A stretch of 64,000 bases of DNA from Eledone cirrhosa (taxonomy: Eukaryota), in the NCBI GenBank assembly GCA_964016885.1, contig OZ024741.1, positions 37,634,001-37,698,000 of the forward strand, given 5' to 3'. Under the pieces are notes generated by a model. It searched no databases. It was not told the DNA's origin and was given only the letters and a program-made list of their open reading frames with translations. The translations under genes were made by a program, and so were the position numbers. Shown here in pieces: positions 39,811 through 52,690 of this stretch (its first letter is position 1; the number at the start of each line of letters is the position of its first letter).

Positions 39811-41989
39811 ATAATAATAATAATTGTTATTTTTCTTAACTATTAACTGATTATTCAACAAAATATACTTGTGTTACTTTGGAAATTCCTATTCTTGGCT
39901 CTTCTCTCTTACCTTTTATGTGAGTATAAGATATTACTGTTTTCTTTTCTTCCTTTTCTAGGGGACTTCTTTTTCTGTTTTTTTACAAAAGATCTTTCAT
40001 TTGATGTTTTATACTACAATTCTCAAGAATTCCCAGCTCATTTCGTAGTAAAGGCGTTTATCACTAACATAGCTATAATATAGCAGTCCTTATTGATAGT
40101 TTTGAATAAAGATATTTCTCTATAAGTTGAATTATTCTTCCTATTTCAATTGCAGCAGCTATTCACCTGTCATTTCTCTTCTTGCAATTTATTTTTTAAA
40201 TTATTATTTTTATTATTATTATTGTCATCATCATCATCATCAGTATTATTATTATTACTATTTGGGTTTATTTAAAATCATTTTCTAAGACATTTTTACA
40301 TTAACCACTTAAAAAGAATTCCTTTCTCTCTAAAATACTGGCATGATCTCTAACACTGTTCTCTATTTGTCCACATTTAACCAATACTTTTATTTTTATT
40401 TTGGGGGTGTATATGTTTTTTTTTTTTTTTTTGTCTTTTTCTTGCTTTGCTTGTTCTTGCAGGTCTTTTTTCTTCTTCCTCTCCATGTCCTACCTTGTGT
40501 CTATATTGTGTGTAGCAAATCTTTTCACCATGAAGTGTGTATATATATATATGCATGCATGTGTATGTATGTGTCTGTGTGTAGATATATATGTGTATAT
40601 TTGTATGTATGTATATATATATATGTATGTGTGTATGTATATATATATATATATGTATGTATGCATGTGTATAAATATATCTATATGTATGTATATCCAA
40701 TCATTATTTCTATATATGTCTATAATGTATGTATATAATGAAGAGGTGAAGCTATTATTGTAGCTTATATACATCAAGCCTGGTTGATCTACTTGTCATA
40801 CTCCCACTTCCTGCACTCGTGACAAATGACTGTTAGTTTTACAGTTCCTTATCTCGTTGGTTTCTTTCATTGGGAATTATTGGAAGTTGTTCTTGAAGAG
40901 ATACATTCACAGAGAGAGTGAGAGAGAAAGAGAAGAATATACTATTATTATTATTACTTTATTACATCTTTTTAACAGCAACTTCAGTATTTCTTTCATA
41001 GAGTTTCCAACATTTTCTAATGTTTAGCTTTGCTCTAGCATGAGTCTGTCTGTATCCAGCAGTACTTTTGTGCTCCGCTTCAAATGAAACAAAATAAAAA
41101 GTTATGAAACTTCATGTAGAGGCGGTACTGTTCCATATAGCATCAATGTCAATTCTTCCATTCTTCCTCACAATTATATTGTTTTGCTGTTCTTCCCAAA
41201 CTTACTTCTTTTGATTGTATACACACATACATCCGTACACACAAGCACACACATATAATTTACTGCATACATGAATATGAATATGCGTATGTGTATGTAC
41301 ATATGCAGTGTATAGATATTATACAGGTATATATGTTTGTCACAAGTTTTATGTATATGTGTGCATGACTGTATGCATCGATTTATGAACATCGAATATA
41401 TCAATTGACCTGTTTGCATAGTTTCCAATCATGAAACGATTCAGTGTAGAATTTCGGTTGGTTTCATTAGTTCTTTCCTTGTATCTTCAACTGCTTTGCT
41501 TTACTCAAACTTTGGTGTGTTTCTAGTCTCTGTCTACTGCTGGTGCCCTTCAATTAAGCAACTGATTTTTTACCAAATCTCACCCAAGGTCAGATATTTT
41601 AACTTTTCATGATTTATGTATCTTGCTTTGTAGTTACTTTTTTTCTTTTTTTCTAAATTGAAAGAATTTTTAGATATATATATATAAGAGATATTTTAAA
41701 GTTAAAACAATTCTGTGTTATACTAAATTCTTTAACTACATACATTCTTTCTTTGAATCCTTGTGGCTTAGACTTTTGATATTTTGGTTGTACTTAATTT
41801 CATGTTTTAAGGTTATGATTTTGTCCCAATTAGTAATTCTTTAGTTAATAATACTTATGGCATCTTTTCTAACTCGTTCAGTGCATTACCTTTTTTCTTA
41901 CTTGTGTTGGAGTTCACCCAGGATGGGTTGAGCCACCTTTACCCTTTAGAATTTACATTACTCTATATTTACTATTGTATTTTCATGGT

Positions 41990-42166
41990 AAACCCTTTAC
42001 GTTACATAATTATCTCATATAATATTGAATCTATGAGATTTTGATATTATTTATTTTGAGAACAATACCTTAACATCAGTATGAGTGGCTGGTTACAGCC
42101 GGTTTGAACAAAATGAGGTGAGAGAATTCTGGCCAAATTTAGCCAGTTTAAATGCTAATGGGTTAA
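41990..42166 (+). mobile_element. Second TTAA-type MITE family
   Basis: TAAACCCTTTAC... to ...TTTAAATGCTAATGGGTTAA termini. Confidence 0.5.
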
Positions 42167-42912
42167 ATCTGTGCAGCCACAGCATTGGGAACAAGGGATG
42201 TAAGTGCTGCCACAGCATCAACAACAGAGACTATACATGCACAGTATTCATAGATGTCCAACACAGATATTGTCTGCCCGTTGCAATTCCAACAGCATAC
42301 ACCATACAAGAAGAAAACAGCTCAAGAACAGACATTATCTGCCAGCCTATGTTTTCAACTGACTGCTTTGCTGTTTGCATCATCCTAGGTGCAGCCCTAA
42401 TGTGACTGCATCATTAACCAATTTCTCTCATGGATGGCAGAGTGCATGACCAAATGAGGAGAGGTGCCTTTTGAGTAGTTTTTGAAAGGATTCATTCTGG
42501 CATTGACATCAAATTTCAGAGATTATCACCTCTTACATTATAAAACTGGGGGGAGTGTTATTATACAGTTTCTTCTGTTTAGGTGGTGGGGACTTCACTA
42601 ACATTGCAAGTACTTTTGAGAAAACTATGAAGGTTACTATTTTTATCTCTACTATAATTGATGCTTATTTTTATCTCTACCATAATTGATGCTTATTAAA
42701 AATGAAAAAAAAAAAAAAAAAAAAACAGTTGCTACTACAGGCTATACCGGATTAGTGATTAGAATAGACATAAAACATCAATTAGGTTAATATTAATATA
42801 TATTTAAGAAATTAGTAGTGTTGATTATTAGTATTACTTTTTTGTTTTTCCTCCTTATATTGTTTCCAGCATTTTACACCCTTGTGGTCAATAAGAAACC
42901 ATTATTACCCTT

Positions 42913-43178
42913 TACGTTCTGAGTTCAAATTCCACCAAGGTTAGGCCTTTCATCCTTACAAGGTTGATAAATAAAGCACCAATAATGCACTGGGGTCGGT
43001 TTAATCGACTTTCCCATCCTCTTCAAATTGCTGGCCTTGTGCCTAAAGTAGAAACAATTATCACTTTTCAGCCATCCAAGGTCAATAAAGCACCAGTTAT
43101 GTGCTAGGATTGATTTAATCAGCTTTCCCCTCCCCCAAAATTTTAGCCTTTTGCCTAAATCAGAAACCACCATTATTA
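42913..43178 (+). mobile_element. SINE, family B, with a duplicated 3' module
   Basis: TTCTGAGTTCAAATTCC..GCCTTTCATCCTT..GCACTGGGGTCG..GCCTTGTGCCTAAAGTAGAAAC; the 3' module is repeated at ~43070-43170. Confidence 0.75.
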
Positions 43179-43420
43179 TTATTCATTAACTTGTATTAGA
43201 CTCTTGTTCATTTAAGAACTGTCAAGTGATGTTGCTAATAGTCCTTACTTGCAACTGTTTTCTCAACAAGTATAATATATGTATACATTTTTGTGCATAT
43301 ATATATATATGTGTACATAGTCATATTTATATATTCATACCTTCAAAGATAGAGACCATACACAGTAGCTATGTGGCTATTTCTCAGAAGAACTAACTGC
43401 CTGCTGTTTAGTATGATTGT

Positions 43421-43636
43421 TTAACCCTTCTGATATGAAACTGCATGAAAACACTCTTGGTTCTCTAATACAAAAGTGCTTAATATTTATTTTAGAACCT
43501 ATGTTAAGTTATGTCCCAAACATGAGCTAAATAAAGAAAAAGTTATATTACAAAATCCCTCTAAATTCTTGATTATTTTCAAAATAATTTGTAAATAATG
43601 ATTTGTGACATTAAAAACTTAGTAATGAAACGGTTA
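43421..43636 (-). mobile_element. TTAA/CCCTTT MITE
   Basis: TTAACCCTTCTGATAT...AATGAAACGGTTAA termini. Confidence 0.6.
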
Positions 43637-44314
43637 ATAGAAGGATTATATTCTTATCATCTTCTCTAAATAACATAACTGTATTCTATATAATTACATT
43701 TTTTAATATTCATACATCAAAAACTCATACAATATTTGAGTGTGATTTGCAATGTACTGTTTAGAGTTTAGCTGTGGTGCCTATGGTGTTTCAATTCAAA
43801 GCTGTGAGATTAGTTAGTTAAGCTAGACTACTGCATGGACCTTTTCCACACTTCTCTCTCCAGCATCCTGCTTCATGTTGTCAGAGTATGTGACGTGATG
43901 CCCAGTACTCATCTCTGTCCATAATTTACCGGATATATTTCAGGCCAGTATCCTGTTTATGTTGTCAATATTTGTGACATGACACCCACCATGCTTTCCC
44001 TCTCCGTGCCCTGGATCTCACAGGACTGGCCTTGATGCTTCACCTTCTAGATGTTGTGCTAAATATTACAAAGAGGAAACATCAAAGCTGTGAAAGAGAT
44101 ACTAATAATCCTTTGTTTTTTTTACAAAGATATTTTATGTAATGCAATGAGTTTGGGAATCTAGATATTATCAAAATAATCAGCATTGTTTCATATCTGC
44201 AAAATCACTATGGAATAAATCTTGCAATAAAAGGCTTTATTTACTATATTTTCATTTAAGCATAAATTCTCTCATGAACAAATCTATATATTATTTCTCA
44301 ACATTATTTATCAA

Positions 44315-44843
44315 AAATCCCGCTGAGGTTAACTTTGCCTTTCATCCTTACGGGGTCGATAAAATAAAGTACCAGTAATATACTGGGTAATTGCTGGACT
44401 TGTGCCTAAAATAGAAACAATTATTTATCAAACTGCCTGAAAAAGCCCCTGGTTCTACAATAGAAAACTGTTTGTTATATTTATTTTAAAATTTTCCATC
44501 ATAATTTTATATAAGAACCTTTATTAAAGTTATGTTCCTAACAGTAACTTATTAACGAGAGGGTTATTTATATTACTAAATCTGTCGAAATTCTTCATTG
44601 TTTTAAAAATTAATTCTTTTCTTACAATATTTCTAATGGGATCTTCTATACTTAAATGATTAATTGGAGGAATTTACTGAAATTATTAAATATTTTAGTA
44701 TTAAGATTGTATTTGTAACATAATTTAACAAAAATAAAATTACATTGGAAGCTTTTTTTAATTTCAATAGAAACCCTATGAAACGTAGGGCTTTATTAAA
44801 AAAAAACAGGCAATTTTTGATGGGTTGGTATCAAAAGGGGTAA
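44315..44843. mobile_element. SINE family B fragment (44315-44422) followed by two opposed MITE copies
   Basis: GAGGTTAACTTTGCCTTTCATCCTTACGGGGTCGATAAA; MITE ends GGTATCAAAAGGGGTAA. Confidence 0.65.
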
Positions 44844-44879
44844 TTAAAAACTATAGACTGTGTGTTTTATTAGAAATTA

Positions 44880-45380
44880 CCATCATCATCATCATTTAAC
44901 GTCCATTTTCCATGCTAACATGGGTTAGATGAGCAGTCCCGTGGTAAGACAAACCAGGTCGGAGGACAGTTTTGCTCGCACAGAACTGATATTGACTTGA
45001 TTTCTATGGCTGGATGCCCTTCCTAACACCAACCATATTTACAGTGTGTACTGGGTACTTTTTGTCATGATATCTACACGACCACTTTACAGTGTGGGTT
45101 CGGCATTTTTTCTCGTGACTCCTACATGACCACTTTACAGTGTGGACTGGGCACTTTTTGTTGTGACACCTACTTGACCACTTTACAGTGTGTACTGGGT
45201 ACTTTTTGTCGTGAATTCTACACGACCACTTTACAGTATGGGCTGGATGCTTTTTATTGTGATACCTACACAACCACTTTACAATGTTGACTGGGTGCAC
45301 ATTGTCGTGGCACCAAGAAGACCACTTTACAGTGTGGATTGGGGACTTGGGTGGGGGAGATTCATGGGGAATTGGGGAGA
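44880..45380 (-). mobile_element. RTE 3'-UTR element with seven 48-bp tandem modules
   Basis: (CAT)n tail at 44881; TTTACA recurs every 48 bp from 45038 to 45326. Confidence 0.85.
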
Positions 45381-46118
45381 TGATAATGAAAGGGCTAAGC
45401 TAAACCTCTCTCTATAGCTTCTCTTTTTAGTTCTCTTGTATTATATTTGTTTGCCTAATATCTTTTCTCTCATTGCTTTATATGATATTGATACATAACA
45501 ATTTAATGATATTCTGTAGATTCTCTCTGCTCTTTGTAAGCCTTTTATTACCATATTTGTAATAACAAACACTACCTATGATTTTCAAATAATTTTGAAA
45601 ATAATCAAAAAGGAAATTCAAATATTATATTATATATATAAAAACAAAATTAAGTAATGAAAAAAAAGTGGGAAGGGGTAAAGAGGGGCAGATCAGAAAA
45701 TTGAAAAAGATTTAGTGATATAACTTTCACTTTAAGCAAGTGTTTGGGTCATAACTTAACAAAGGTTCTTACATAAAATTATGGTGGAAGTTTTTTAGTT
45801 TTTAATTGGGTATAAATATACACTTTAACATAAACAGCTTAGTATTATAGAACCAGAAGCAGTTTCAGGTGGTCAGGTATCAAAAGGCTTAATCCCCAGA
45901 GCAAAGCAATGCTAAGTGAACCTTGCAAGAATTTTAAATCTGAAGCAGTGAAGTACCAACTTGACTGCTGTAATTGATTAACCAATTTAGTCTGGTACTT
46001 TACCATACACTCACCATCCTGACATCTGTCAGATTGTGTTTCTAATACATGTCATTTAATTAACAAGGCCTATACTTTCATAAGTGTCTTGTAGAATTTT
46101 AGATGAGTAAATTTATGG

Positions 46119-46285
46119 GCACAGGGATGGCTGTGTGGTTAAGAATTTTGCTTTGCAACTATGTTGTTTTCTGTTCATTATACCACTGTATGAAACCTTG
46201 AGCAAGGTGTCCCCTACAACAGTCTGCTAATAACTTGTGTGTGATTTTGGTCCATGGAAACTGAAAGGTAGCTCATCATATATTG
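46119..46285 (+). mobile_element. SINE, family C, 5' half
   Basis: GGGATGGCTGTGTGGTTAAG..ACCTTGAGCAAGGTGTC..GGAAACTGAAAG. Confidence 0.65.
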
Positions 46286-46536
46286 TCATCAGTTTTATAT
46301 CCATTTTCCATGCATGGATGGATTAGAACGGCAAGTAAGGTGACTGACTTGCTCATACTCTCCATTTTGACATAGTTTCTATGACTGGATGCCCCTCCTA
46401 GTGCCAACCACTTCATGGCATTTACTGGCTTTGTTTTACCACTAGCCTATGACAGGGTGGATTGGATACTTATTGTTCATGGCACCAGTGCTGGCACTTT
46501 AGAGTGTGGGCTGTGTATATACATATATATATATAT

Positions 46537-46652
46537 ATCATCATCATCATCACCGTTTTACGTCCATTCTTCCATGTTAGCATGGGTTAGACAGATTGTT
46601 CTGTTGTGGGCAATGCCAGGTCAGGCAACCATGTCTTGCTCATATAGAACTG
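46537..46652 (-). mobile_element. RTE 3' tip
   Basis: (CAT)n CACCGTTTTACGTCCATTCTTCCATG..GCATGGGTTAGAC. Confidence 0.8.
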
Positions 46653-46711
46653 TATGTATGTATGTATGTATGTATGTGAGTATGTGTATATATAAATATA
46701 AATATATATAT

Positions 46712-47168
46712 ATGGAAACCGCGGAGTGGGGAGACCCAAGATGACCTGGGATGAGGTGATAAAAGCCGACCTTACCCAATTACACCTCTCAAAGGCAATG
46801 ACACACGACCGTGACTTCTGGCGTCACGCAGTAATACAGAGTACCCGACCTCCCATGGGTACAAGCTGAAGCATATAAACAATATGCCCCCACACCCCCC
46901 ACCGCAAGGTGGTCGTGGAGGTGCCACGGCAAAAAAGCACCCAGCCCACACTGTAAAGTGGACGTGTAGGCGCCACGAAAAAGCACCCAGCACTCACTGT
47001 AAATGAGGTTGGTGTTAGGAAGGGCATCCAGATGTAGAAATCAAGCCAGATCAGTTCCTGTATGGGCAAGGCATGGTCAGCCGACCAGACACTGCCCACA
47101 ACAGGACAACCCGTCTAACCCATGCTAGCGTGGAAGAACGGATGTAAAACGGTGATGATGATGATGAT
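46712..47168 (+). mobile_element. 5'-truncated RTE 3' end
   Basis: Near-identical to 36671-37120 and to the reverse of 49478-49925. Confidence 0.92.
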
Positions 47169-47179
47169 ATATATATATA

Positions 47180-47335
47180 TTTATGTTCATTCTATTAAGG
47201 CTGAATAGTGACCCTGTGATAAACAAGCAAATCTCCAGAGTAACAAGACTCACTTAGCCTTAATAAAATGAATATTAACACTCTACTTCTATATTGAGTA
47301 CTCTTTTCTCTCAGCAGTAAACCACATACGGATAT
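47180..47335 (+). mobile_element. Fold-back remnant with a degenerate hammerhead (Penelope-like)
   Basis: ~25-bp imperfect IR (TGTTCATTCTATTAAGGCT / AGCCTTAATAAAATGAATA) around GTGACCCTGTGA..TCCAGAGTAA; homologous to the reverse of 50845-50970. Confidence 0.55.
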
Positions 47336-47684
47336 ATATATGTATGTGTGTGTGTGTGTGTGTGTGTCCCAATCAGTTTGAAATATTTATTCTCTCAGCT
47401 GCGTTCTGTTGTTTGTGCTGACAAATTCTTTGTTTTACTTGCTTTATATGGGACTTTGTTTTTATTTTTGTAATTCTTATACAGTTTATTCACTATAGAA
47501 AATCTCACAATGTCATGAAAGGACATTGACATTATATAAAAATAATTGAGCATGAATGATTTTACATTAACTATCCTGTTAATCTCTATGTGTTTATAAG
47601 TATTTTCTTTATATTTATATTTTTTTTCTCTAGCTGATTTATTTATTTTTAGCAGTTGCTGTTATATTCTTTTAATGATTTATT

Positions 47685-48303
47685 ACAATATTTCTAATGA
47701 CAGACACTGCCTATGATTTTACAAATAATTTTCAAAATAACCAACAACTTTAAGGGATTTAATAATATATTTAACTTTCTCATTACACAGATTGGGTTTG
47801 GAATATAACAAAGGTTCTTGCATAAAATTATGATGGAAATTTTAAAAAATATAAACACTTTAACCATTTTGCTACAATATTTTTAATGGAATACACTGCT
47901 TCTGTCATTATCATCATCATTTAATGTCCATTTTCCACACTAGCATGGGTAGGATGGGCTGTTCCTTTGTGAGAAATCAGGTCAGAGAACCGTTTCGCTC
48001 ACACAGAACTGATTTTGGCTTGTTTCTATGGTTGGATGCCATTCCTAACGCCAACCACATTTACAGTATTTCAATTAATTTTGAAAATAATCAGATATTT
48101 GGAGTAATTTAATAAAATAACTTTTGTATTAGTAAGCTGATATTTAGAACATTATTTAAGAAAAATTTAATATAAGGATAAATAGTTTTGTATCATAAAT
48201 AAAGAGTGGTTTCAAGCAGTTTGGTATCAAAGGGCTGAGATAAACAGCTTTATACTGTAAAATCAGACGCAGTTTCAGATTGTTTGGTATCAAAAATGCT
48301 AAT
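47685..48303. mobile_element. Tandem MITE copies, one interrupted by a reverse RTE 3' tip (47905-48067)
   Basis: MITE interior ACTGCCTATGATTTT../TTTCAATTAATTTTGAAAATAATC split by (CAT)n..TGGATGCCATTCCTAACGCCAACCAC. Confidence 0.6.
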
Positions 48304-48730
48304 AGTTAACATGGTATGTCAAATGTAAATAAAATCATGCATTATATTAGGTGGTGTAGGATGAATCATTTAACACTGTTGTAATAATGATATAATCATT
48401 TTCTAGCCTATGAACAGCTACATGTAACTGTGTGATGTTGCAGCAATGTGCAAACGACTGTAAACTGTTGTCAGAAGAGAGGGAATTTGCACATCTCATT
48501 GAACGAATTACATCAAATTTTATCAAAAGCCAATACTTCGTAATCCAGTTAGCCTTGAATCGATTTATGTCATGTAATTTGTAAGTCTGGTTGTATAAGA
48601 GATGTCTGTATAAATGTCTTAATTACACTTTCTTCTCGGTTGTTCTCAACATTTATCACTTTTTCTTCCTACTGTAAATTACTTCTCTAGGGTGCCTTTA
48701 AGACCCCATATTTCTTCACTTTTGACATCA

Positions 48731-48764
<34 letters not shown>

Positions 48765-48906
48765 CACTTCCATGAAAATGGTTCTATGCTTCAATGTTGA
48801 CCTTCAGTATACATTTTATTTATTTATTACTACTACATAACCCATTGTTTTATAGAGCAAATAAGTAATATTCTGTTCTTTCACCAAATTGTCACAAACC
48901 CCTGTT

Positions 48907-48942
<36 letters not shown>

Positions 48943-49275
48943 GAGAGAGTTAGTATGACACAGATAACACTGTTGGTATGAATGAATGAAAATGTTTCAC
49001 TACTGTTTTGTCAAACTGTGTCATTCATGTGACACACCACACACATACATGCATATAATATCCTAATATATATGTATCTCTCTTTCTTTCTCTCACTTTC
49101 TCTCTCTCTCCCCCTCTCTTTCTCGTTCTCTCACTTTCTCTCCCTTTCTCCCCCCCCCCCTCTCTATATATATATTATAAATGGTGTAATTCCGTCGGAA
49201 AGGTCCAGGAAAAAAGAGTGCTCTGTGTAGGTTACAGAACTTATTAGTTATGTAATAAACAACATAAGATAATTA

Positions 49276-49335
49276 TTTCATTTACCAGTGGTTTCTTGAA
49301 AGCAAATAAATCTGCTTTCAGTCGTCAGAATGAAA
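49276..49335 (-). ncRNA. Type I hammerhead ribozyme motif
   Basis: UUUCAUU-CUGACGA-CUGAAAGCAGA(UUUA)UUUGCUUUCAA-GAAA-CCA(C)UGG-UA-AAUGAAA: intact core, GUA triplet, mismatch at the stem II closing pair. Confidence 0.75.
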
Positions 49336-49477
49336 AAATTCTGGTGTTTTTATTGAATGTGGATTTGAAAACAAAAATATAAGAAATATGAAAGTGAGGC
49401 TGAATATATATATATGTATAGAGAGAGAGAGAGGAGGAAAGAGAGAGAGAAAGGGAGAGAAATATATGTATATATAT

Positions 49478-50268
49478 ATCATCATCATCATCACCGTTTT
49501 ACGTCTGTTCTTCCACGCTAGCATGGGTTAGACGGGTTGTCCTGTTGTGGGCAGTGTCTGGTCGGCTGACCATGCCTTGCTCATACAGGAACTGATCTGG
49601 CTTGATTTCTACTGCTGGATGCCCTTCCTAACACCAACCTCATTTACAGTGAGTGCTGGGTGCTTTTTCGTGGCGCCTACACGTCCACTTTACAGTGTGG
49701 TCTGGGTGCTTTTTTGCCGTGGCACCTCCGCGACCACCTTGCGGTGGGGGCATATTGTTTATATGCTTCAGCTTGTACCCATGGGAGGTCGGGTACTCTG
49801 TATTACTGCGTGACGCCAGAAGTCACGGTCGTGTGTCATTGTCTTTGAGAGGTGTAATTGGGTAAGGTCAGCTTTTATCACCTCATCCCAGGTCATCTTG
49901 GGTCTCCCCACTCCGCGGTTTCCATCAACTTCTAGTGCTCTGCACCTTTTTATGCAGCTGTCATCCTTCATACGCATCACATGTCCATACCAGTGCAACC
50001 GCCTCTCCTGCACACAGCATTTGATTCCTCTTATGCTCAGTCTCTCTCTCAATTCATTTATGCTTTGTCGTTCACGTATATTACTGTTACACATCCATCG
50101 GAGCATGCAGGCTTCGTCTCTCTCTAATCTACGTAAGTCTTCCACCTTCAGCGCCCAGGTCTCACTACCATGCAACATCGCTGTTCGGATACACGCATCA
50201 TACAGTCTGCCTTTCATTCTGAGGGAGAAGCCTTTTGCAGCTAGCAGTGGTAGTAGTTCCCTAAACTT
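49478..50268 (-). mobile_element. 5'-truncated RTE with an open C-terminal frame and full 3' UTR
   Basis: ORF 49768..50346 ([31 protein letters not shown]); (GAT)n tail. Confidence 0.95.
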
Positions 50269-50390
50269 ATCATATATATGTATATATATATATATCATAG
50301 ATTGAGTTATAAACTCAAAACAGTCTTTTACAATTAAGTAGCTCAAAGAAGGAAATCTTTCCGAGCCGTGTAATATAATTGGATATATGG

Positions 50391-50504
50391 GAGGGATGAA
50401 CCCCGATATAAGTATACATGTTTTAAATTAGTATTTATTCAACCTAGCTAACTTGGTCATTTGCAATTGGAATACATGTATACTTATATCTATGTTCATC
50501 CCTC
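50391..50504. other. ~31-bp inverted repeat with a 52-nt spacer
   Basis: GAGGGATGAAC.CCCGATATAAGTATACATGT pairs with ACATGTATACTTATATC.TAT.GTTCATCCCTC. Confidence 0.75.
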
Positions 50505-50532
50505 TTATATATATATATATATATACACACAC

Positions 50533-50680
50533 AGTGAATTGGCAGAGTTGTCAGAGCGTTGGATAGAATGCTTTATGGTATTTCAGTTCTCTGCTCACTT
50601 AGTTCAAATCCCAAGGTCAATTTTGCCTTTCATCCTTTCGAGGTCAATAAAAAAGTACCAGTCTAGTACTTAGTCGATTC
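50533..50680 (+). mobile_element. SINE, family B
   Basis: GTGAATTGGCAGAG..AGTTCAAATCCC..GGTCAATTTTGCCTTTCATCCTTTCGAGGTC. Confidence 0.75.
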
Positions 50681-50923
50681 TTCTTCTCTCTGGAAGAAAT
50701 CTGCTGTACTCAGGCCTGGAGAAGGAATGGGCTCTACCAGGCTTAAAATGCTCAAGAAACGCTGTATGTCAATATGGCACCCTTACAACTCTATCAGGAT
50801 TTACGGGACAAATGAATAAAAAGAATATACATATATATGCATGATGTTGGCGGATGTGAGAGAAGGTACTCAATACTGAAGTAGAGTCTAATAATATTCT
50901 TTATTATAACAAAGTGATTAGTC

Positions 50924-50970
50924 TTATTACTCTGGAGTTTCACCTGTGTACTCACAGGATCACCAGATAA
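50924..50970 (-). ncRNA. Type I hammerhead ribozyme motif (CUGGUGA variant)
   Basis: UUAU-CUGGUGA-U-CCUGUG(AGUA)CACAGG-U-GAAA-CUC(CA)GAG-UA-AUAA. Confidence 0.6.
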
Positions 50971-51394
50971 TATATAATTCATATGTATATGTAATGAATG
51001 AAGTCATTTATTCTAAAGAAAAACTTTAGAACAATTTTAGGAGTTTCTAATATTTATATGACAGACAGGTAAAACAATTCATTACAGTCATTATATAAGA
51101 GATTGTTGTGATTTTATCAGAATAAATCATCATCATCATCACAGTTTATTGTCCATTTTCTATGCTAGCATGGGTGAAGTGAGTTGTCCCGTTGTGAGTC
51201 AAGTCAGATGACTATGACTTGCTGATCCTTCCCAACAATTTACTTCAATTTGATTTGAAATTTAAAAAAAAAGTGAAAATATATTTTTTTTCATGGGACA
51301 ATACAAGGATGAAAAATATTTCTGTGGGGTTTACATTGATTAAAGGGAAGGGGTCATCAACAAAGGGAAAACACTCATTATAATAAATAGTAAT

Positions 51395-51530
51395 AATTGT
51401 TTCTACTTTTGGCACAAGGCCAGCAAATATCCAGTGCATTACTGGTACTTTATTTTATATACCCCATAAGGATGAAAGGCAAAGTTAACCTCGGCGGGAT
51501 TTGAACTCAGAATGGCAAGGGCCGTAACTC
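51395..51530 (-). mobile_element. SINE, family B
   Basis: GGATGAAAGGCAAAGTTAACCTCGGCGGGATTTGAACTCAGA; near-identical in reverse to 62360-62480. Confidence 0.8.
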
Positions 51531-52599
51531 TTTGCGTCAAAGCATGGCTAATAAATGTAACTAGGAAAAGTTCTCCAATAGGAGGGGATTGTACTTTAGG
51601 CTAATTCCAGGGCAAATCCCACACAAAACCTGTGGATTACTATCACCTCAAGGGCATTGAAAGTGCCCTCTCCCTGTCTCTTTCTTCCTACTACTAATAA
51701 TAATTTCAATATCCTCTTGCCAATAATAATAAAATGTTTAACAACAAACATTGCTAGATTTAAATCCATTGTGTTACAATGCTTGCTGTTTAAACAAGCA
51801 ATGAAATAGCTCCACTTTAATACCTAGAGCTTTTTGTATTGGGTTTTCATATTGTTAAAATATGTCTATGCTTTTGTACATGCTCTTGTCTATATATATA
51901 TATATACACACACATCTATATTATCTATATATACATACACATACACACAAATGTATGTATGTGTGTATATATATTAACTATATATACATACACACACAAA
52001 TGTATGTGTGTGTGTGTGTACACATATATATTACCTATATATACATACACACTCTCACACACAAATGTATGTGTATATATTTATTTATATATATATATAA
52101 TTACAAATCTATTGTTACTCGGCATAAAACATTTATTGTAGTCTAAGAAATGTAATAATATACTTTTGGAAAATGTTGGTAGTTATAGTCAAGCTTCCTC
52201 ATTGTATATATGCTTTACTTCTTAACCTTTCTCTTCATAATCACATGAAAATTTAACTAGTTATGTCACTGTTAATAGTTGTTTAGCTCTCTCTTATAGT
52301 CTTCTGTCAGGATGATTTATAGATTTCTAAATGTCCTCAAATTACATAAACAATTGCTAGTTGTTTGCTCCTGTGTCTAAATATTTAATGGTTAAATTTC
52401 TATGAATTATTTGATGTTGTAATATATAATAATGCTAAACCAATTTTAATATTCTTTGCCAATTAAATAGGTGGCCTATTGTATAATGATATAGACCAAA
52501 TTCTCATTGGGTTACATTGTATACTTCATAGAAGAATGGTAAAGTATTTGCTCAGCAGAATTAGGAGTTTTAATGGATTTAAGTATTCCTATTAGATGC

Positions 52600-52690
52600 C
52601 AAATTGGCAGAGTTCTTAGAGTCTCAGATACAATACTTTGTGGCTCTCTGAGTTCAAACCCTGCTGAGGTCAACTTTGCCTTTCATCTTT
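52600..52690 (+). mobile_element. SINE, family B, cut off at the left IR of the satellite
   Basis: TTGGCAGAG..TCTGAGTTCAAACCCTGCTGAGGTCAACTTTGCCTTTCATCTTT. Confidence 0.75.

Noticed and set aside
42085-42405. 106-aa ORF as a host exon
   Set aside because: It starts inside a MITE end, has no recognisable motif and no clear splice signals.
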